Made by a program: the position numbers and the translations under genes. Of a stretch of 64,000 bases of DNA, positions 62,517 through 64,000 are shown piece by piece; within the stretch, counting starts at the first letter, position 1; every line of letters begins with the position of its first letter. Under the pieces are notes generated by a model. It worked only from the letters and a program-made list of their open reading frames with translations, made no database searches and was not told the origin of the DNA. The stretch is from sequence record MW812342.1. One strand, written 5' to 3'.

Positions 62517-63181
62517 AATTAGATCCTGCACGCCGTAAGAAGGCCGAAGCGTTTATCTATCAGCTGTTAACACTCATCGACCCGTCAGGGATTAACACCG
62601 AAGCCGCGAAAGCGTCGATTCCGGGGTTAAGCGACGAAGACTTTAACAAGCTACGCCACGGCATTCCGATTTATAACCCGGCGGGCAGTAAGGTGCAAAT
62701 CGACCACATGCGCAACGTAGAAATTTGTCGTGCGCTGGGGTTAGAGTTGTGCCAGCGTCTGTACTTTACGGAACCGAAGACGGGGCTTGTGCACCGGACT
62801 CGTTGGCCGCATATTGTCGTGCCCTTACCGGTACGCCGACAGACGCAGATGCGAGAAAAGAAAATTGCTGTTGCGAAGAACGACCGTGTTCGCGACAAAC
62901 TCTCTGGCCAAGTGGTCGGTCCATCCAAAGCGTCCGGGGTCTCCTTCCCTGAGTCGTACATTATGTTCTCGGATGGTCTGGACAACAGCTTGGAAGAGTT
63001 CTTGCATGCGCGTGGAGGTAACGAAGCACTGCAACGTGCGTTCTACCAATCCATCCGACTAACTGGCCAAGGCCGTATCAAGATACCCGGTGCAGAGCGC
63101 ACCTCCAGTAAAGCCACTCGTACGTGGAGTGCCTATTACAAAGCCATGGGTATCGGTAACAGCATAGGTTCCCCGCAATGA
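62513..63181 (+). CDS. Virion RNA polymerase beta subunit, C-terminal fragment (phiKZ gp149-like)
   Basis: LPVRRQ.Q...KK.....D...D.LSGQV.G.SK...VSFPE......GL...L.E....RGG.; VSFPE corresponds to the beta GQRFGEME region. It lies next to RecA as in phiKZ-like genomes. Confidence 0.8.
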   Translation: MKLDPARRKKAEAFIYQLLTLIDPSGINTEAAKASIPGLSDEDFNKLRHGIPIYNPAGSKVQIDHMRNVEICRALGLELCQRLYFTEPKTGLVHRTRWPHIVVPLPVRRQTQMREKKIAVAKNDRVRDKLSGQVVGPSKASGVSFPESYIMFSDGLDNSLEEFLHARGGNEALQRAFYQSIRLTGQGRIKIPGAERTSSKATRTWSAYYKAMGIGNSIGSPQ

Positions 63182-63906
63182 GAACAGGACGTCGCTATCT
63201 GGTAGATATAGATACACTTTTCGACACCCGCTTAGGTTGGGCGAAGGTCATTGCACCTGAGGCGTTAGAGAAACTCGAGTTAGATGCTTTCCGTAAACGT
63301 CACACCGATATCTGGGCAGAAGCGATTGGTATCCAAAACTGGTCTGAACAACTCAAACAACGTGACAAACGCGCGTTGTTCATGTCAGACCCGACAGAGT
63401 TTCTGTTGGGTTTGAAGAATCAGGTGCTCGTTGACTTGACCACATTAGTAATGTCGTCGCCGATTGACCGACCGACTGTTACGATTAACATGTGGCCTTA
63501 CACCGACCTCACGGCTGAGCAATCGGACACGTTCTTACAGAACTTCCGTCAGCTGTACAACGAGGTTAAGGTGGACATGGTCTATATCGATCACAAAGAT
63601 CTTTCTCCCGGACGTCTCGACAGCATGTGGGACATCTGGTACATGTTCGACTGGTTTAATTGGGTCACTGTCCACGCGGGAAATTTTGCGAAAAAAATAC
63701 CCCAGTTTAAAATCCACCCGCCAGCGTTGCTGACGGACGGACTTACGACTGAGGCGATTGAAGCGATAGAGCGCGATGGGGTGAACCCGTTTAGCGCATT
63801 GACACGGTTCATGGAAGAACTGGTCACTATCGATCCGGTGGATGCCCGGCTGTATTCTATTCTTCGTCCGCTGAACCCCCAGGACGAGCAAACGCCACAG
63901 CCATAA
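63178..63906 (+). CDS. Conserved jumbo-phage protein with an N-terminal DxD (HAD-like) motif
   Basis: 242 aa; YLVDIDTLFDTR; ATGA overlap with the RNAP gene. Confidence 0.6.
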   Translation: MRTGRRYLVDIDTLFDTRLGWAKVIAPEALEKLELDAFRKRHTDIWAEAIGIQNWSEQLKQRDKRALFMSDPTEFLLGLKNQVLVDLTTLVMSSPIDRPTVTINMWPYTDLTAEQSDTFLQNFRQLYNEVKVDMVYIDHKDLSPGRLDSMWDIWYMFDWFNWVTVHAGNFAKKIPQFKIHPPALLTDGLTTEAIEAIERDGVNPFSALTRFMEELVTIDPVDARLYSILRPLNPQDEQTPQP

Positions 63907-64000
63907 TGGCATTCACGTCAATCTTTTCGCCAACGGGTGCCAGCTCGCCTTCTTTGTGTTCCTGTTTAGGGACGTTAGGAAGTGCGGGTTGGTACCCGGT
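63857..64000 (-). CDS. Possible 3' end of a minus-strand gene entering from beyond the window
   Basis: Open frame ...GYQPALPNVPKQEHKEGELAPVGEKIDVNAIMAVAFARPGGSADEE* overlaps ORF 63178 convergently by 50 nt. Confidence 0.3.
   Translation of the reverse strand, partial: TGYQPALPNVPKQEHKEGELAPVGEKIDVNAIMAVAFARPGGSADEE

Noticed and set aside
60695-63181. Non-canonical RecA Walker A and a split RNAP beta fragment; possible intein or intron
   Set aside because: Both are established traits of phiKZ-like phages. The ORFs are uninterrupted and show no intein (C...HN) or homing-endonuclease motifs.
1-64000. tRNA, rRNA, CRISPR arrays, integrase, transposase or phage-nucleus (chimallin/PhuZ) genes
   Set aside because: None was recognised by eye in this window; tRNAscan or Infernal would be needed to exclude divergent RNA genes.

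Overview
This window is a 64-kb segment of a phiKZ/SPN3US-like (Chimalliviridae-type) jumbo phage, probably infecting Enterobacterales. The assignment rests on a virion RNA polymerase beta C-terminal subunit, a phiKZ-type RecA/UvsX, RNase HI, SbcC, a gpV-like tail spike, phiKZ-style TATATTAC early and TATG late promoter motifs, and a DUF1471 gene. Bases 1-32.7 kb form a virion/tail module. It holds a tandemly duplicated three-gene cassette of paralogous virion proteins, a GH108 endolysin, three giant paralogous tail-fibre-like proteins and the central spike. Embedded in this tail module (10.8-16.1 kb, minus strand) is the stand-out feature: a RiPP-like cluster. It has three precursor peptides with a shared ~50-aa leader and (CXXX)n Cys/Ser/Gly cores, two radical SAM enzymes (one with a full SPASM domain), two orphan accessory genes and a DUF4376 tail-fibre-chaperone-like gene. 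This suggests phage-encoded post-translational modification of a virion appendage. Bases 33-64 kb are mostly early/accessory and DNA-metabolism genes. They include an ART-PolyVal-like ADP-ribosyltransferase, a DarG-type macrodomain, an EF-Tu P-loop mimic whose SD is hidden in a 14-bp hairpin with a TATG motif at its apex, secreted Cys-paired paralogs, micro-membrane ORFs, a secreted lytic transglycosylase and a probable spanin pair. No tRNA, rRNA, CRISPR array, integrase or transposase was recognised. All family assignments are by motif recognition from memory; no database searches were run.
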